A stretch of 40,342 bases of DNA from a virus (lineage: Duplodnaviria > Caudoviricetes). A program made the translations under genes and the position numbers. Below, piece after piece: positions 15,719 through 26,800 of this stretch. The notes under the pieces were generated by a model that was not told where the DNA came from, searched no databases, and saw only the letters and a list, made by a program, of their open reading frames with translations. How positions within the stretch are numbered: the first letter of the stretch is position 1; every line of letters starts with the position of its first letter. Where the stretch lies: IMG/VR virus record IMGVR_UViG_3300020470_000052, positions 1 through 40,342 of that record. One strand, written 5' to 3'.

Positions 15719-16738
15719 ATGGCTACCCTTTCAACCTCAAATTTAACGCTAGCGGACTGGGCAAAAAGATCTGACCCAGACGGTAGAGTTCCAATCGTTG
15801 CAGAACTGTTATCACAGTCCAACGAAATTCTCGATGATTGCGTTTTTAAAGAAGGTAATTTACCTACTGGCGAGCGTGTAGTTATCAGAACTGGCTTACC
15901 AGGCGTTTACTGGAGAGCGTTAAACCAAGGTATTCCATCAACCAAGTCAACAACAGCACAGATTGATGAGGCTTGCGGAATCCTAGAAGCACGTTCAGAA
16001 GTAGACAAAGACTTAGCAATGTTGAATGGCAACACTGCACAGTTCCGTCTATCTGAGGACACTGCTTTCTTGGAAGCAATGAACCAGACTCAAGCTGAGA
16101 CATTGTTCTATGGAAACCCTGGAACAGATCCTAAGAAGTTTCTTGGTCTAGCTCCAAGGTATAGCGATCTATCTGCTGACAACGCTGTCAACATTTTGAA
16201 CGCAGGTGGCTCAGGTTCTGACAACTCTTCTGTTTATCTAGTTGTTTGGGGTGACAACACTGTTTATTGTCCTTTCCCTAAAGGATCTAAAGCAGGTTTG
16301 ACACACGAAGATCTAGGCGAGCAAACTGTCTACAACAGCGATGGCACAAGGCTCCAAGCTTTTGCTACTCGTTACCAGTGGAAGAACGGTTTGGTCGTTA
16401 AAGACTGGAGATACGTTGTTCGTATTTGCAACATCGACATTTCCGACCTATTAGGAGTTACTGGTACACAAGCCAATACTGCTGCAACTTCTCTTGTCAA
16501 GTTAATGGCTAGAGCGTTGTATAGAATTCCTAATATGGCGATGGGTAGAGCAGCCTTCTACATGAACAGAACAGTTCACTCAGGTATGGCTATTTCTGCG
16601 CTAGATAAATCTCAATCAGTCTTGAACATTCAAGATGGTTTATCTCAGTTTGGATCAGCACAAAGCTACCTAACATTCTTAGGCGTTCCTCTAAGAAAAG
16701 TAGATGCGCTACTTAACACCGAATCTGTTGTTAGTTAA
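15719..16738 (+). CDS. Major capsid protein (BPP-1-like)
   Basis: 339 aa; LSQSNEILDD, RTGLP, FYGN, DWRYVVRICNID; AAGGAG RBS. Confidence 0.93.
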   Translation: MATLSTSNLTLADWAKRSDPDGRVPIVAELLSQSNEILDDCVFKEGNLPTGERVVIRTGLPGVYWRALNQGIPSTKSTTAQIDEACGILEARSEVDKDLAMLNGNTAQFRLSEDTAFLEAMNQTQAETLFYGNPGTDPKKFLGLAPRYSDLSADNAVNILNAGGSGSDNSSVYLVVWGDNTVYCPFPKGSKAGLTHEDLGEQTVYNSDGTRLQAFATRYQWKNGLVVKDWRYVVRICNIDISDLLGVTGTQANTAATSLVKLMARALYRIPNMAMGRAAFYMNRTVHSGMAISALDKSQSVLNIQDGLSQFGSAQSYLTFLGVPLRKVDALLNTESVVS

Positions 16739-16765
16739 CCTATTCATCCTTTTTGGAGCTTTAAA

Positions 16766-17197
16766 ATGATTACAGACAAGCTGCTTCGAGTAAGCGAAGA
16801 TCAAGCGATTACCACCACTGCTTTCTCTACTGACACTATTGATTTAGGTGTTGCTAGAGATGTTGGTGAAGGTACTCCTTTATACATGAACTTTTGCGTT
16901 ACCACTGCATTAGCAAATGGTACGAGCGTAAAGTTTGAAGTTGTTTCTAGTGCAAACGCTAACTTGTCTAGTCCTACTGTTATTGGCAGCAGCAATGCAA
17001 TCCTTACAGCAGCACTTACAGCAGGTAAGAACGTAGTAGTACGCATCAATCCTGATATTGCTGGCAAAGGCCAGAGATATTTAGGTGCTAGATACACAGT
17101 AGATGGCACTTACAATGCAGGTGCAGTTACTGCTGACGTAGTAGAAACTATCGGTGACGGACAGAAGTACTATGCTTCTGGCTTTACCGTAACTTAA
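16766..17197 (+). CDS. Bbp16-like capsid cement/decoration protein
   Basis: MITDKLL...STDTIDLG...RYLGARYTV, beta-rich, directly after the capsid gene. Confidence 0.8.
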   Translation: MITDKLLRVSEDQAITTTAFSTDTIDLGVARDVGEGTPLYMNFCVTTALANGTSVKFEVVSSANANLSSPTVIGSSNAILTAALTAGKNVVVRINPDIAGKGQRYLGARYTVDGTYNAGAVTADVVETIGDGQKYYASGFTVT

Positions 17198-17210
17198 TGA
17201 GGAATAACTA

Positions 17211-17519
17211 ATGCCTATCTATAAAGCTAAAATCAAGTGTTTCGTAGGCAATAGCTTACGGAATCCTGATGAAGAGTTTGAGTACAACGGAGAGCCTTGT
17301 AAGCACATTAAATTAGTTAGTGGCACTGAGGCTCCAAGTACTCCGGCTTCTGCGGAGGTTATTGAAGAGGTAATTAATGATTCAACTTCTGAGTCTGTTG
17401 ATTATGATTCAATGACTAAAGCAGAGCTTGAAGAATATGGTCGTTCTATTGGTGTTGAACTAAATAAGAACAAAACCAGAGAAACTCTTATCGCTCAACT
17501 TGAAGAAGCGAAGAAGTAG
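17211..17519 (+). CDS. Hypothetical protein with C-terminal HeH/Rho-N-like helical domain
   Basis: YDSMTKAELEEYGRSIGVELNKNKTRETLIAQL. Confidence 0.75.
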   Translation: MPIYKAKIKCFVGNSLRNPDEEFEYNGEPCKHIKLVSGTEAPSTPASAEVIEEVINDSTSESVDYDSMTKAELEEYGRSIGVELNKNKTRETLIAQLEEAKK

Positions 17520-17544
17520 GCATTGGTCTTCTTATTGATTTATA

Positions 17545-17582
17545 GGAGGCTAGTAGTAATACTGCTAACCTCCCTTTTTTTT
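17545..17582 (+). terminator. Intrinsic terminator after the head genes
   Basis: GGAGGCTAGTAGT-AAT-ACTGCTAACCTCC stem (one mismatch, one G-U), then C and eight T. Confidence 0.85.
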
Positions 17583-17592
17583 AGGAGATCCT

Positions 17593-18261
17593 ATGGCAAC
17601 TGAAGTAGACATCTGTAATCTTGCCCTAGCACACTTGGGTGATGATGCAACAATTGCTTCGCTATCCCCACCGGAAGGATCAGCGCAGGCAGAAAAAGCC
17701 GCACGTTTCTATCCGATAGCAAGGAACACTCTGCTTGAATTGCATGCATGGAACTTTGCATCTAAGCGAGGGAACTTAGCACTTACAACTAATAGCCTTG
17801 AGCAATGGGACTATGCCTATGCAGCACCTGCTGACATGATGTCTGCTATTGCGATCATATCTCCAAGTTCTGAAAATGATTACGCTACAAGAATGACTGC
17901 TGGCGATACGCCTGGTAACTTAACGGCTAATTTCGCACCAACAATTGTAGCTGGACAATATACGCCACAGCAATTTGCACTAGAAGGAGCATTTATATAT
18001 ACGAATCAAGAGAATGCAATGTTGAGATACCAAGCATATGTAACTGACCCTTCGTTGTTCTCTCCTTTATTTGTTATTACTTTATCGTGGCATTTGGCAT
18101 CTATGCTGGCTGGTCCTGTGATTAAGGGAGATCAGGGAGCAGCAGAAGCAAAACGATGTACACAAACGATGGCAGGCTATTTAATACAGGCAAAACAATC
18201 AGACAATCTACAAAGAGATATTACCGTTGAGCATATAGTCCCTTGGACTTCTGGGAGATAA
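17593..18261 (+). CDS. Tail tubular protein A / adaptor
   Basis: EVDICNLALAHLG, HAWNFA, WDYAYAAPAD; T7 gp11-like position. Confidence 0.85.
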   Translation: MATEVDICNLALAHLGDDATIASLSPPEGSAQAEKAARFYPIARNTLLELHAWNFASKRGNLALTTNSLEQWDYAYAAPADMMSAIAIISPSSENDYATRMTAGDTPGNLTANFAPTIVAGQYTPQQFALEGAFIYTNQENAMLRYQAYVTDPSLFSPLFVITLSWHLASMLAGPVIKGDQGAAEAKRCTQTMAGYLIQAKQSDNLQRDITVEHIVPWTSGR

Positions 18262-18264
18262 GCA

Positions 18265-20730
18265 ATGCCAACTACACGCACCTTCAAGCAGTCATTTTCT
18301 GGAGGAGAGATATCACCAGAAATGTTTGGACGAATTGCTGACAATAAATTCCAACAAGGTGCGGCAACGATGCGTAATTTCATCGCCAAACCACAAGGGC
18401 CAGCACAGAACAGACCTGGTTTCGCATATGTAAACGAAGTTAAAGATAGTACTAAAGCGACAAGGGTAATATCTTTCACGTTCAATACAACTCAAACAAT
18501 GGTCATCGAGATGGGTGACCAATATTTTAGATTTCATACGCAAGGTCAGACGTTACTTTATAGCGCAGGTTCGGCATGGAGTAACAGCACTAACTACACG
18601 GTTGGTGATATAGCATCACAAGGTGGCACGAATTACTACGCAAAGACAGCCCATACAAATATCCAGCCACCAAATGCAACTAATTGGTATCCACTGCCAG
18701 CAAATTTTACATATGAAGTACCCAGTCCATATTTAGAAGCAGAATTGTTTGATGTGCATTATGTGCAATCTGCTGATGTGTTGACGTTTGTGCATCCTAA
18801 TCATGCTCCTAGAGAACTAAGAAGACTTGGGGCTACGAAATGGGAATTATTGACAATTGATTTTGGTACTCCTTTAGCTGCTCCTACAGGCGTTTCCGTT
18901 AGTACTTATATACCTTCATCATCTTCTACAAACTCTGATACTTATCAAGACCATAACTATGTTGTAACGGCTGTGAAGGCAAATTTATTAGATGAAAGCA
19001 ATCAATCAAGTACAGCAACTGGAAGTAATAATATATTTGTTACTGGAGCTAAAAACACTATTACATGGAACGCAGTCACTGGTGCTTCTAGGTACAGAGT
19101 ATATAAAGATCAAGGTGGAATATTTGGCTATATAGGTGAAACAACGACTACGACAATTGTAGACGATAATATTATGCCTGATTTTTCTAGGACACCACCA
19201 ATTCATGAAAATGATTTTCAAGGTGCGAATAATTATCCAGGTGCTGTTTCTTATTTTGAACAACGTAGGGTTTTTGCAGGTACAAATAATTCACCACAAG
19301 ACATATGGATGACTAAGTCTGGCACTGAAAGCAATATGTCATTTGGCTTACCTATAAGAGATGATGACAGAATTGAATTCAGGGTTGCTGCTCGTGAAGC
19401 AAACACTATCAGACATATTGTACCGTTAACACAATTGCTGTTACTTACAGGATCGGCAGAGTGGCGAGTAACTTCTGTTAATAGTGATGCGATAACCCCA
19501 ACATCTATATCGGTAAAACCACAATCATATGTAGGTGCTAACAATGCACAGCCTGTAATTGTAAATAATAGCTTGGTATATGGTGCTGCTCGTGGCGGTC
19601 ATGTCAGAGAATTAGGCTATAACTGGCAAGCTAATGGATTTATAACAGGTGATTTATCTCTTCGTGCGCCACATTTATTTGATAATTTTACAATAGTAGA
19701 TATGGGTTTATCAAAATCTCCAATACCTATTGTATGGACAGTAAGTAGTAACGGTAAATTATTAGGTCTTACATATGTTCCAGAACAACAAATAGGAGCA
19801 TGGCATCAACATGATACAGACGGCACGTTTGAAAGCGTAGCTTGCGTATCTGAAGGAAATGATGACGTTACTTATTGCGTTATCAAAAGAACTGTTAATG
19901 GTAATAGTGTTAGATATATAGAGCGTATGGGTACAAGGTTGTTTGCAACCCAACGTGATAATTTCTTTGTTGACTCAGGCGCAACATATGATGGTACGAA
20001 TACCGATAATTCCAGAACCGTTACTGTATCTGGCGGTACGAACTATACGAAAGGAGAAACCGTTACAGTCACCACAAACTACAATTTATTTAATGCACCT
20101 CCTAGTGTTGATGATAAAGACGATGCAATAGTTTTAGTTGATGGAACTACTCTTTATCGCCTTACTATCCAAGCCACATCAAGTCAAACGGTAGCAACTG
20201 CAAAATTAGATAAAGACTTACCAGCTAGTTTGCGTAATACAGCAATAACAACTTATGAAGTAGCAAGAAATGTGATATCAGGTATTAGCTGGCTGGAAGG
20301 TAAGGCATTAAATATTTTGGCTGATGGTGCTGTACATCCAGAAAGAACGGTATCCAGCGGTTCTATTACCTTAGAACGTGCAGCTAGTGTTGTTCATTTA
20401 GGGTTGCCTTATGAAAGTGATTTGAATACTTTACCTATGGCATTACAAGTAGAAGCCCTAGGTCAGGGTCGAGTCAAGAATTTGAACCATGTATGGTTAA
20501 GAGTTTTAGAAAGTTCTGGTATTTTTGCTGGCCCTAGTGCGGATAAATTAGTAGAGGCAAAACAACGTACAGTGGAACCATATGGAACGCCACCGAATTT
20601 AAAAACACAAGAGATAAAAATTATGCTTACACCTACATGGCAAGATAATGGTCAGTTATTTGTACGTCAAACAGACCCATTACCATTAACTGTTGTAGGT
20701 CTGACATTAGAAGTAGCAATGGGTGGATAG
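18265..20730 (+). CDS. Tail tubular protein B / nozzle with inserted CBM-like module
   Basis: SFSGGEISP start, YVQSADV, YPGAVSYFEQR, AWHQH, PLPLTV end; T7 gp12-like position. Confidence 0.88.
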   Translation: MPTTRTFKQSFSGGEISPEMFGRIADNKFQQGAATMRNFIAKPQGPAQNRPGFAYVNEVKDSTKATRVISFTFNTTQTMVIEMGDQYFRFHTQGQTLLYSAGSAWSNSTNYTVGDIASQGGTNYYAKTAHTNIQPPNATNWYPLPANFTYEVPSPYLEAELFDVHYVQSADVLTFVHPNHAPRELRRLGATKWELLTIDFGTPLAAPTGVSVSTYIPSSSSTNSDTYQDHNYVVTAVKANLLDESNQSSTATGSNNIFVTGAKNTITWNAVTGASRYRVYKDQGGIFGYIGETTTTTIVDDNIMPDFSRTPPIHENDFQGANNYPGAVSYFEQRRVFAGTNNSPQDIWMTKSGTESNMSFGLPIRDDDRIEFRVAAREANTIRHIVPLTQLLLLTGSAEWRVTSVNSDAITPTSISVKPQSYVGANNAQPVIVNNSLVYGAARGGHVRELGYNWQANGFITGDLSLRAPHLFDNFTIVDMGLSKSPIPIVWTVSSNGKLLGLTYVPEQQIGAWHQHDTDGTFESVACVSEGNDDVTYCVIKRTVNGNSVRYIERMGTRLFATQRDNFFVDSGATYDGTNTDNSRTVTVSGGTNYTKGETVTVTTNYNLFNAPPSVDDKDDAIVLVDGTTLYRLTIQATSSQTVATAKLDKDLPASLRNTAITTYEVARNVISGISWLEGKALNILADGAVHPERTVSSGSITLERAASVVHLGLPYESDLNTLPMALQVEALGQGRVKNLNHVWLRVLESSGIFAGPSADKLVEAKQRTVEPYGTPPNLKTQEIKIMLTPTWQDNGQLFVRQTDPLPLTVVGLTLEVAMGG

Positions 20731-20763
20731 TGTAACCGTGAACAGATATCATGTATGTACACT
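20730..20763 (+). promoter_or_regulatory. Late promoter candidate, copy 3
   Basis: GTGTAACCGTGA (20730-20741), 16 nt, TACACT (20758-20763). Confidence 0.7.
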
Positions 20764-20789
20764 TAAAAAGATAGGAAGGTGTTGAGCTT

Positions 20790-21374
20790 ATGGCATCAGG
20801 TACTGGTTGGAGCGGTCTAAGCAAGGTAGGTAAGGCTGGCGTTATTGGCCAAATTGGTGGCATAGCTACTGGTCTTATTGGCGCATACTTCGCATCGGAG
20901 ACAGCGAAATATCAGACCGAGAGCATGGCGTTGCAGTATGAGCATCAGAAAGAGATGGCTCTTTTTAATGCGTCATTGAAAGAAACCCAGGCATGGCATT
21001 TAGGTAAAGTACATAATCAGCGATTTCAAGTGAGGACACTAGACCAGGGTCGGACCAAAGGAAAAAGAAACGTATTACTTGCTGCTAGAGGTGGTGTAAG
21101 AGGTGTAGGTAGTAACTTAAATGTAGCTGTCAGTGATGAGCTAGGTTTTGAGATAGATAGGGCTACGATGAGATCTAATAGGGCAAAGGCAGTATCAGAT
21201 ACACGATTATCAGCCGTTAGTGACGAAATAGCAGCAGATCAATATGGACTTAGTGCAAGCAATGCATTTGCTACTGCATCTAACATTAGTCCGTGGATGA
21301 ATATGAGTAGTACCTTGTTAACAGGTACAAATAATCTTATTAGTAGCCTACCTAAATCATTCTGGGAGGGATAG
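20790..21374 (+). CDS. Internal virion (ejection) protein, T7 gp14-like position
   Basis: Gly/Ala hydrophobic N-terminus, AARGGV..GS motif. Confidence 0.75.
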   Translation: MASGTGWSGLSKVGKAGVIGQIGGIATGLIGAYFASETAKYQTESMALQYEHQKEMALFNASLKETQAWHLGKVHNQRFQVRTLDQGRTKGKRNVLLAARGGVRGVGSNLNVAVSDELGFEIDRATMRSNRAKAVSDTRLSAVSDEIAADQYGLSASNAFATASNISPWMNMSSTLLTGTNNLISSLPKSFWEG

Positions 21375-21376
21375 TG

Positions 21377-23863
21377 ATGCAAGTACCTTTACCGCAAGAA
21401 CAGCTATCCGCAGGCAGTGCAGGCAATATTAGGTCTGGTCCAGGTGTCAGACCAATGGAGGATGTTGTCACTCGTGACATAAATAGACTGAGCCAAGCGC
21501 AGAAAGAGATTGCCTCAACTGTGCTCAAGATAGATAATGACTTAAATGATGCTAAAGGTAAAAGACTTGCTAATGATTATTATGCGGAGACACAAAGACT
21601 TACAACTGAATTTACCAATTTAAAAGGTGCTAATGCTGTAGGAACAGTAGAACTTAATGGTAAACAAGTACCAATATTTGAGAAATATCAAGATGACCTA
21701 AAAGGGATATATGAATCTCATTTAAAGCAAGCTGATAATGCTACTGTTAGAAGTGTATTTAAGGATAAAGCAAGAGTTTATACGAGTTCTGCTATTAATG
21801 ACTGGACTGAACATACCTTTACACAAGGAAGTAAGTACCTTAAAGATGAAACATTAAAAGAGATTGAGGCTAGTAAGGCGGATGCGAAAACACATTTTAA
21901 AAGTTGGAATAATCCAAATGGTGAATTTAGGAAAAATTATGCAATAGGTCTTGCACGAATACAGGAATTAGCAGAACAAGAAGGTTGGAATCTTGACCCT
22001 GAAAAAGAAATAAACGGTAAAAAGGTAGGAATCAGTGAACAATATTATGCAAAAGTAAATGAGTACAATATGGATATATTAAAAAACGTAGTTAAGGCTC
22101 TAAGAGAAAGTGGAGACACAGAAGGTGCTAGAAGGTTTGTAGAGTCGCTTAATCCCAATGGTGAAAGTAAAGATCTTAATGAGATATCAAAAGACCTTAC
22201 AAAGATACAAATAGAGGAGGGTCATAGCAAATGTGCAATGTCAATTATCTCTAATAACGGAAATCAAAATGATGGTAGTTATCTAAGTTCAGCAGATGCA
22301 TTAATGTGTTTAAGCAGCAATTACGCCGTTGATAACGGTAACGGAGGTTCTGTTCATGATGGCGAGAATTCAAATGAAGTTAATACTACGGGGAAAACAC
22401 AAAGTGAAAATATAAACTCATTAGACCAAAGAAGAAGCACTTCAAAGTTTTATCAACCTGATTCTAAATTAAAACTATTACCACAACATCGAACAACTCA
22501 CTTATTTGCTATACAAAAGTTAGGTGTTGAGAAGGCTGATTCGTTATATACAAAAGCAAAATCAAGCATAGAATATTCCGAAGAAAGATATAAAAATAAT
22601 CGGAAATATGCCAATGGAATTAATGGAAAGATAATCGAGAAGTATAACGAATTAATTATTGAAGCATGTGAAAAAAAATACAAACCAGAAATAGTAAAAA
22701 TTACAAACCAACTTAAAGAGGCACGAAGCCAAAAGGGTACAGGCAGATCCTTTCAAAAAAGAAAGGCAGAGAAAATAGCTAAGTTAGAAGCTGCATTAGA
22801 AGAGGCAAAAGCAAACGACCCTAAATATGTAGAGAAGATTGCTAACGATTTAAACATCATCACAAATAACATTGATTATAATTTTAGTTCTGAAGAGTCA
22901 ACAATAGAACTAGATGAAGTAACGGGTCTACAACCACTACCAGTATTAAAAGCAAAATTAAAAGCTACGATTACAGATCCGAAAGAATTAGCAACTGCAA
23001 CTAAGGATTTAGAAATCGAATATAATAAGATCAAAGCTGGAAGAGAAGCAGTTTATAATCAAGCCTTTGAAAAGGCAAAAGATATAGCACTCGCTGAACC
23101 TGGTGGATGGAAAAACTTAGCAGCTCATGGTATTGATATTAATGATTTTACAAAAGAAGATCAGGAGATATTGAGGAACGGCCCACCAGAAGAATCAGAT
23201 AAAGGAACACTTGTAAAGTTAGAAAAAAATCCAAACGAATTAATTAATAACCTAAATGTACATAGACCTAAATTATCAGCGACAAAATACCTAGAATTAA
23301 AACAATATGCGGATACTTTGAAGGCAGATCCAGGCTCGGTTTTAGCAGTAACTGTTGAAGAGGATATGCTTGATTTGAGTTTAAAGACCTTTAAGTTTGA
23401 CAGAATAAGAAACCAAGAGGATGAGCAAGCTGAAGATGATTATCTACAAATAAAACAAAGGTGGAAACAGCTAATTGATGAAGAACAAACGAGGACAGGA
23501 GGTAAAATAACTCGTGAAAGAAAACAGGCATTATTAAATCAAGTTCTAGGTAATACAGTAATGGTTAGAGGCGGCGTTCCGGGGGATTGGGGTGATTACT
23601 CAATTCCTGTTAGTGCAGCTAAAGAAGATTTAGAGAGGGCTTATGTAAAAATAGGCGGTGTAACAGTTATGCATAGCGATATCAATCAGTTCCTAAGACA
23701 AAAAATAGTTGCTGAAATTATAGCTGCAGGTGAAGTACCAACTGCAAGACGTGTTGCTCAAATATGGTTAGCTAAAGGAAGGTTAAAGATAGATAATGAC
23801 AACGATTGGAAGAAATATAATTCAGAACAGGAACAATTATCTTCGACTTCTTCTCTGCAATGA
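21377..23863 (+). CDS. Internal virion (ejection) protein, T7 gp15-like position
   Basis: About 830 aa, helical, LKGANA motif; ATG 21377 after GGAGG (track uses GTG 21374). Confidence 0.72.
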   Translation: MQVPLPQEQLSAGSAGNIRSGPGVRPMEDVVTRDINRLSQAQKEIASTVLKIDNDLNDAKGKRLANDYYAETQRLTTEFTNLKGANAVGTVELNGKQVPIFEKYQDDLKGIYESHLKQADNATVRSVFKDKARVYTSSAINDWTEHTFTQGSKYLKDETLKEIEASKADAKTHFKSWNNPNGEFRKNYAIGLARIQELAEQEGWNLDPEKEINGKKVGISEQYYAKVNEYNMDILKNVVKALRESGDTEGARRFVESLNPNGESKDLNEISKDLTKIQIEEGHSKCAMSIISNNGNQNDGSYLSSADALMCLSSNYAVDNGNGGSVHDGENSNEVNTTGKTQSENINSLDQRRSTSKFYQPDSKLKLLPQHRTTHLFAIQKLGVEKADSLYTKAKSSIEYSEERYKNNRKYANGINGKIIEKYNELIIEACEKKYKPEIVKITNQLKEARSQKGTGRSFQKRKAEKIAKLEAALEEAKANDPKYVEKIANDLNIITNNIDYNFSSEESTIELDEVTGLQPLPVLKAKLKATITDPKELATATKDLEIEYNKIKAGREAVYNQAFEKAKDIALAEPGGWKNLAAHGIDINDFTKEDQEILRNGPPEESDKGTLVKLEKNPNELINNLNVHRPKLSATKYLELKQYADTLKADPGSVLAVTVEEDMLDLSLKTFKFDRIRNQEDEQAEDDYLQIKQRWKQLIDEEQTRTGGKITRERKQALLNQVLGNTVMVRGGVPGDWGDYSIPVSAAKEDLERAYVKIGGVTVMHSDINQFLRQKIVAEIIAAGEVPTARRVAQIWLAKGRLKIDNDNDWKKYNSEQEQLSSTSSLQ

Positions 23864-26800
23864 CTAATATTTACGCCCAGTATTTAGAAGAAAATACCCT
23901 CGAAAAGGCTCCTAGCCAAAACCTTGGTAAGGATGTTTTCACTTCAGAAAATGAAACGCCTGGGTTCAATGTATATCAAGAATTTTTTAAAGAAGAAGAA
24001 AGAAGCATAAATAATCAGGTCAAAAGATCATTACAACTAGTAATGGAAAAAGACCCTGACATGGTTGGGGAAGGGTTGCACTTAGCAAATGAATTAGGTC
24101 TTGATAGAAATTTTGCTTTAGATAGCGATGAAGCGATAAAGCTAATGAGAGAAAAAAAGAGGAGGGATAGAATTGAATCTTTAGAATTAGCGAAATATAG
24201 CCCTATCCTTCATAGGCAATTAACTGACCCTACATTTGCTGCTTTAGCCTATGACAATATTGATAATTTACAGGGGCTAGAAAAACTATTTGATGACTTT
24301 AAAAGTATTCCAGAAAATATCTCACAAGGCTGGGCTAAAGGTAGATTGCAAGTAAGAAGAGGTCATATCGGTACAGAGAAATTCTTGTGGGGCAATACTG
24401 ACGAAGCATTAGATGACGAATTAGCAGAAATAGATGAAAGGTTAGCGGCTTTCGAGGCAGATGGAACTGGGATCTTTGAAGAAGGTTTTTCGATCTTTGG
24501 GCAATACTCCAAGACGTTACCAAGAGCATTTGTGGCTGGTGGAGCAGGTGCAGCTACTGGTGCAGCAGCAGGTTCGTGGACAGGCCCAGGTTCCCTTATC
24601 ACGGCTAAAGGTGGCTTTATTCTTGGTTTTATGTCGTCTTTGGCGGCTGACTCCTTCTCTATTGAAGGTGGCAATACATACCTTGAGTTGCGAGCAGAAA
24701 ACTTTGATCCAACCCTTAGCAGGAATATAGCTATTGGTGTAGGTCTAACCAGCATGGCACTGGAACTCTGGGGTGCAAGTCTTTTTACTGCACCTCTGAG
24801 GAAATACTTAGCACAACAAACAACAAAGCAAGTTGTTAAACAGTTAGCAAAACCAAGTGGTAAAGCTGCGTTAACGCAATACCTTACAACTTGGGCTAAA
24901 GGTAGTACTCAGGAGAGTCTGACAGAAGCAGCGCAAACACTTTCTCAGATTCTAGGCCGTGAAATAGCAGTCTTATACGATGATCGAGAAGATATCAATT
25001 CCCGATTTACAACTCTGGAAGGAATAAGAGGTGTTGCGGCTGAATTAGCAATGACCTTTTACAGATCCATGCAAGGGATGGTTCTAGTAGGTGGTCTAAC
25101 TGGTGCTCCTACATTTATATCAGACGCTAAAAAATCACAGAACGCTAAAAAAGAGGAGGCGTTCTTTAATGAATTAGAGAACAAAGTTAACACAAGTAAA
25201 TTAAAAGAAAGGAGCCAAGAAGAGTTCCAGAACGTGACGCAAACAATGGGAGACGAGAAAGGAGTTCGTGAAATATATGTAGATTCCAATGCATTTACTA
25301 ATTCAATGCGCCAAGCAGGAATAACGATAGAAGATGTAGAACAAGTTTCGCCAATGGTAGCGGAACAATTAAAAGAACTAGAGAAATCAGGGACTATATC
25401 AGGAGGAGATGTTGTAATACCAATTGGGGAATATAGCGCAAAACTTGTAGGGACAGATTTTGATAATATTTTAAAACAACATAGACGTTTAGATAAAGAA
25501 GATTCTTTTAGTAGAGAAGAGAATACATACTACGAGGCGAATAAGGAGAAGTTAGAAAAGGAAGCAAATGAAATACTTACAAAGACTCAAAGTAAGAATA
25601 AGGAATTTAAAGATAGTGCTGCAAAAGTGAAAAAAGATTTTGGGAACATGGTAAGAGCAAGCATGAGTCATCTTGCAAAACCATATACCAAGAAAGATAT
25701 TCGATACATTTCTAGTTTTTATCAGGCTTATGTAGTTACTCAAGCAAATAAATTAGGGATATTACCTACAGAATTTGCAAAGAGATTTCCTTATCGAGTT
25801 GTCGGTACAGACCAAGTACAAATATCACCAGAGGAACAACTATTTAGTCAGGATGGGACTGTTAAAACTGATAGTGCTGCCTTCAAGAATTGGTTTGGAA
25901 AATCAATATTTAAAGATGAGAAAGGTAATCCTAGGGTTTTATATCATGGAACAAAAGATAGCTTTAATGAATTCAAGTTAGATCACCCAAATAGGAAAGA
26001 TTATGGCTGGCTAGGAAGGGCTGTATATCTGAATGATGGTGATAAAGCCGCTGACTGGGCAAAGGCTAATGCCTTGAATAAAAAAGGAGGCAAGGACAGC
26101 CTCCAAGTAATGCCGTTATATGTACGTCTAGAAAATCCATATTATGCAAAGGCCGAAGAAAAAAATGCTAATAGACTCGGTGGTGAAAACGCAGCTAAAG
26201 GTTTTCAAGACAGGTTAATTGCTGAAGGTTATGACGGAGTTATTTTAAAAGATGAGCGACCTGGTTTTGCTGATGAAGTGGCAGTGTTTGACCCTGCGGC
26301 AGTTAAGTCACCATCTAATGATGGTACATGGTCTAGAGAGATAGCAAACATATATAAACAACAAGAACAAGAATTACTTGAACAACGAGGCCGACAAAAG
26401 CGAGGCAAGCCAGTACCGCAGGCTGTACATCAAATAGCAAGTTTAGTTGAAACTTTTAACTTTGCAAAGGGCAAACCTTTTGGAAAGATGCGTGATTTTA
26501 AATTAGAAATACAAAAACGTGTGAATGATGAGGCCAAAAAAGCTCGTGTAGATCTTTCTGAAAATACAGTAGAAAGAGACAAATATCTTGTACAAACTGT
26601 ACTGGCAGATGCAAGGTATGCGTTATCAGAAAATGACAATGCAATAGGTTGGTATGACACGACTTTGACAAAAGCAAAAGCAATACTTTCCCAGATACAT
26701 CCAGAATTAGCTACTGATCCAGAATCTAATTTTGCGTTTGTTTATGCGTTAGCTAATACGTCTAATATGATTAAGGTAGATAAAAACTTAGAGTTAGCAG

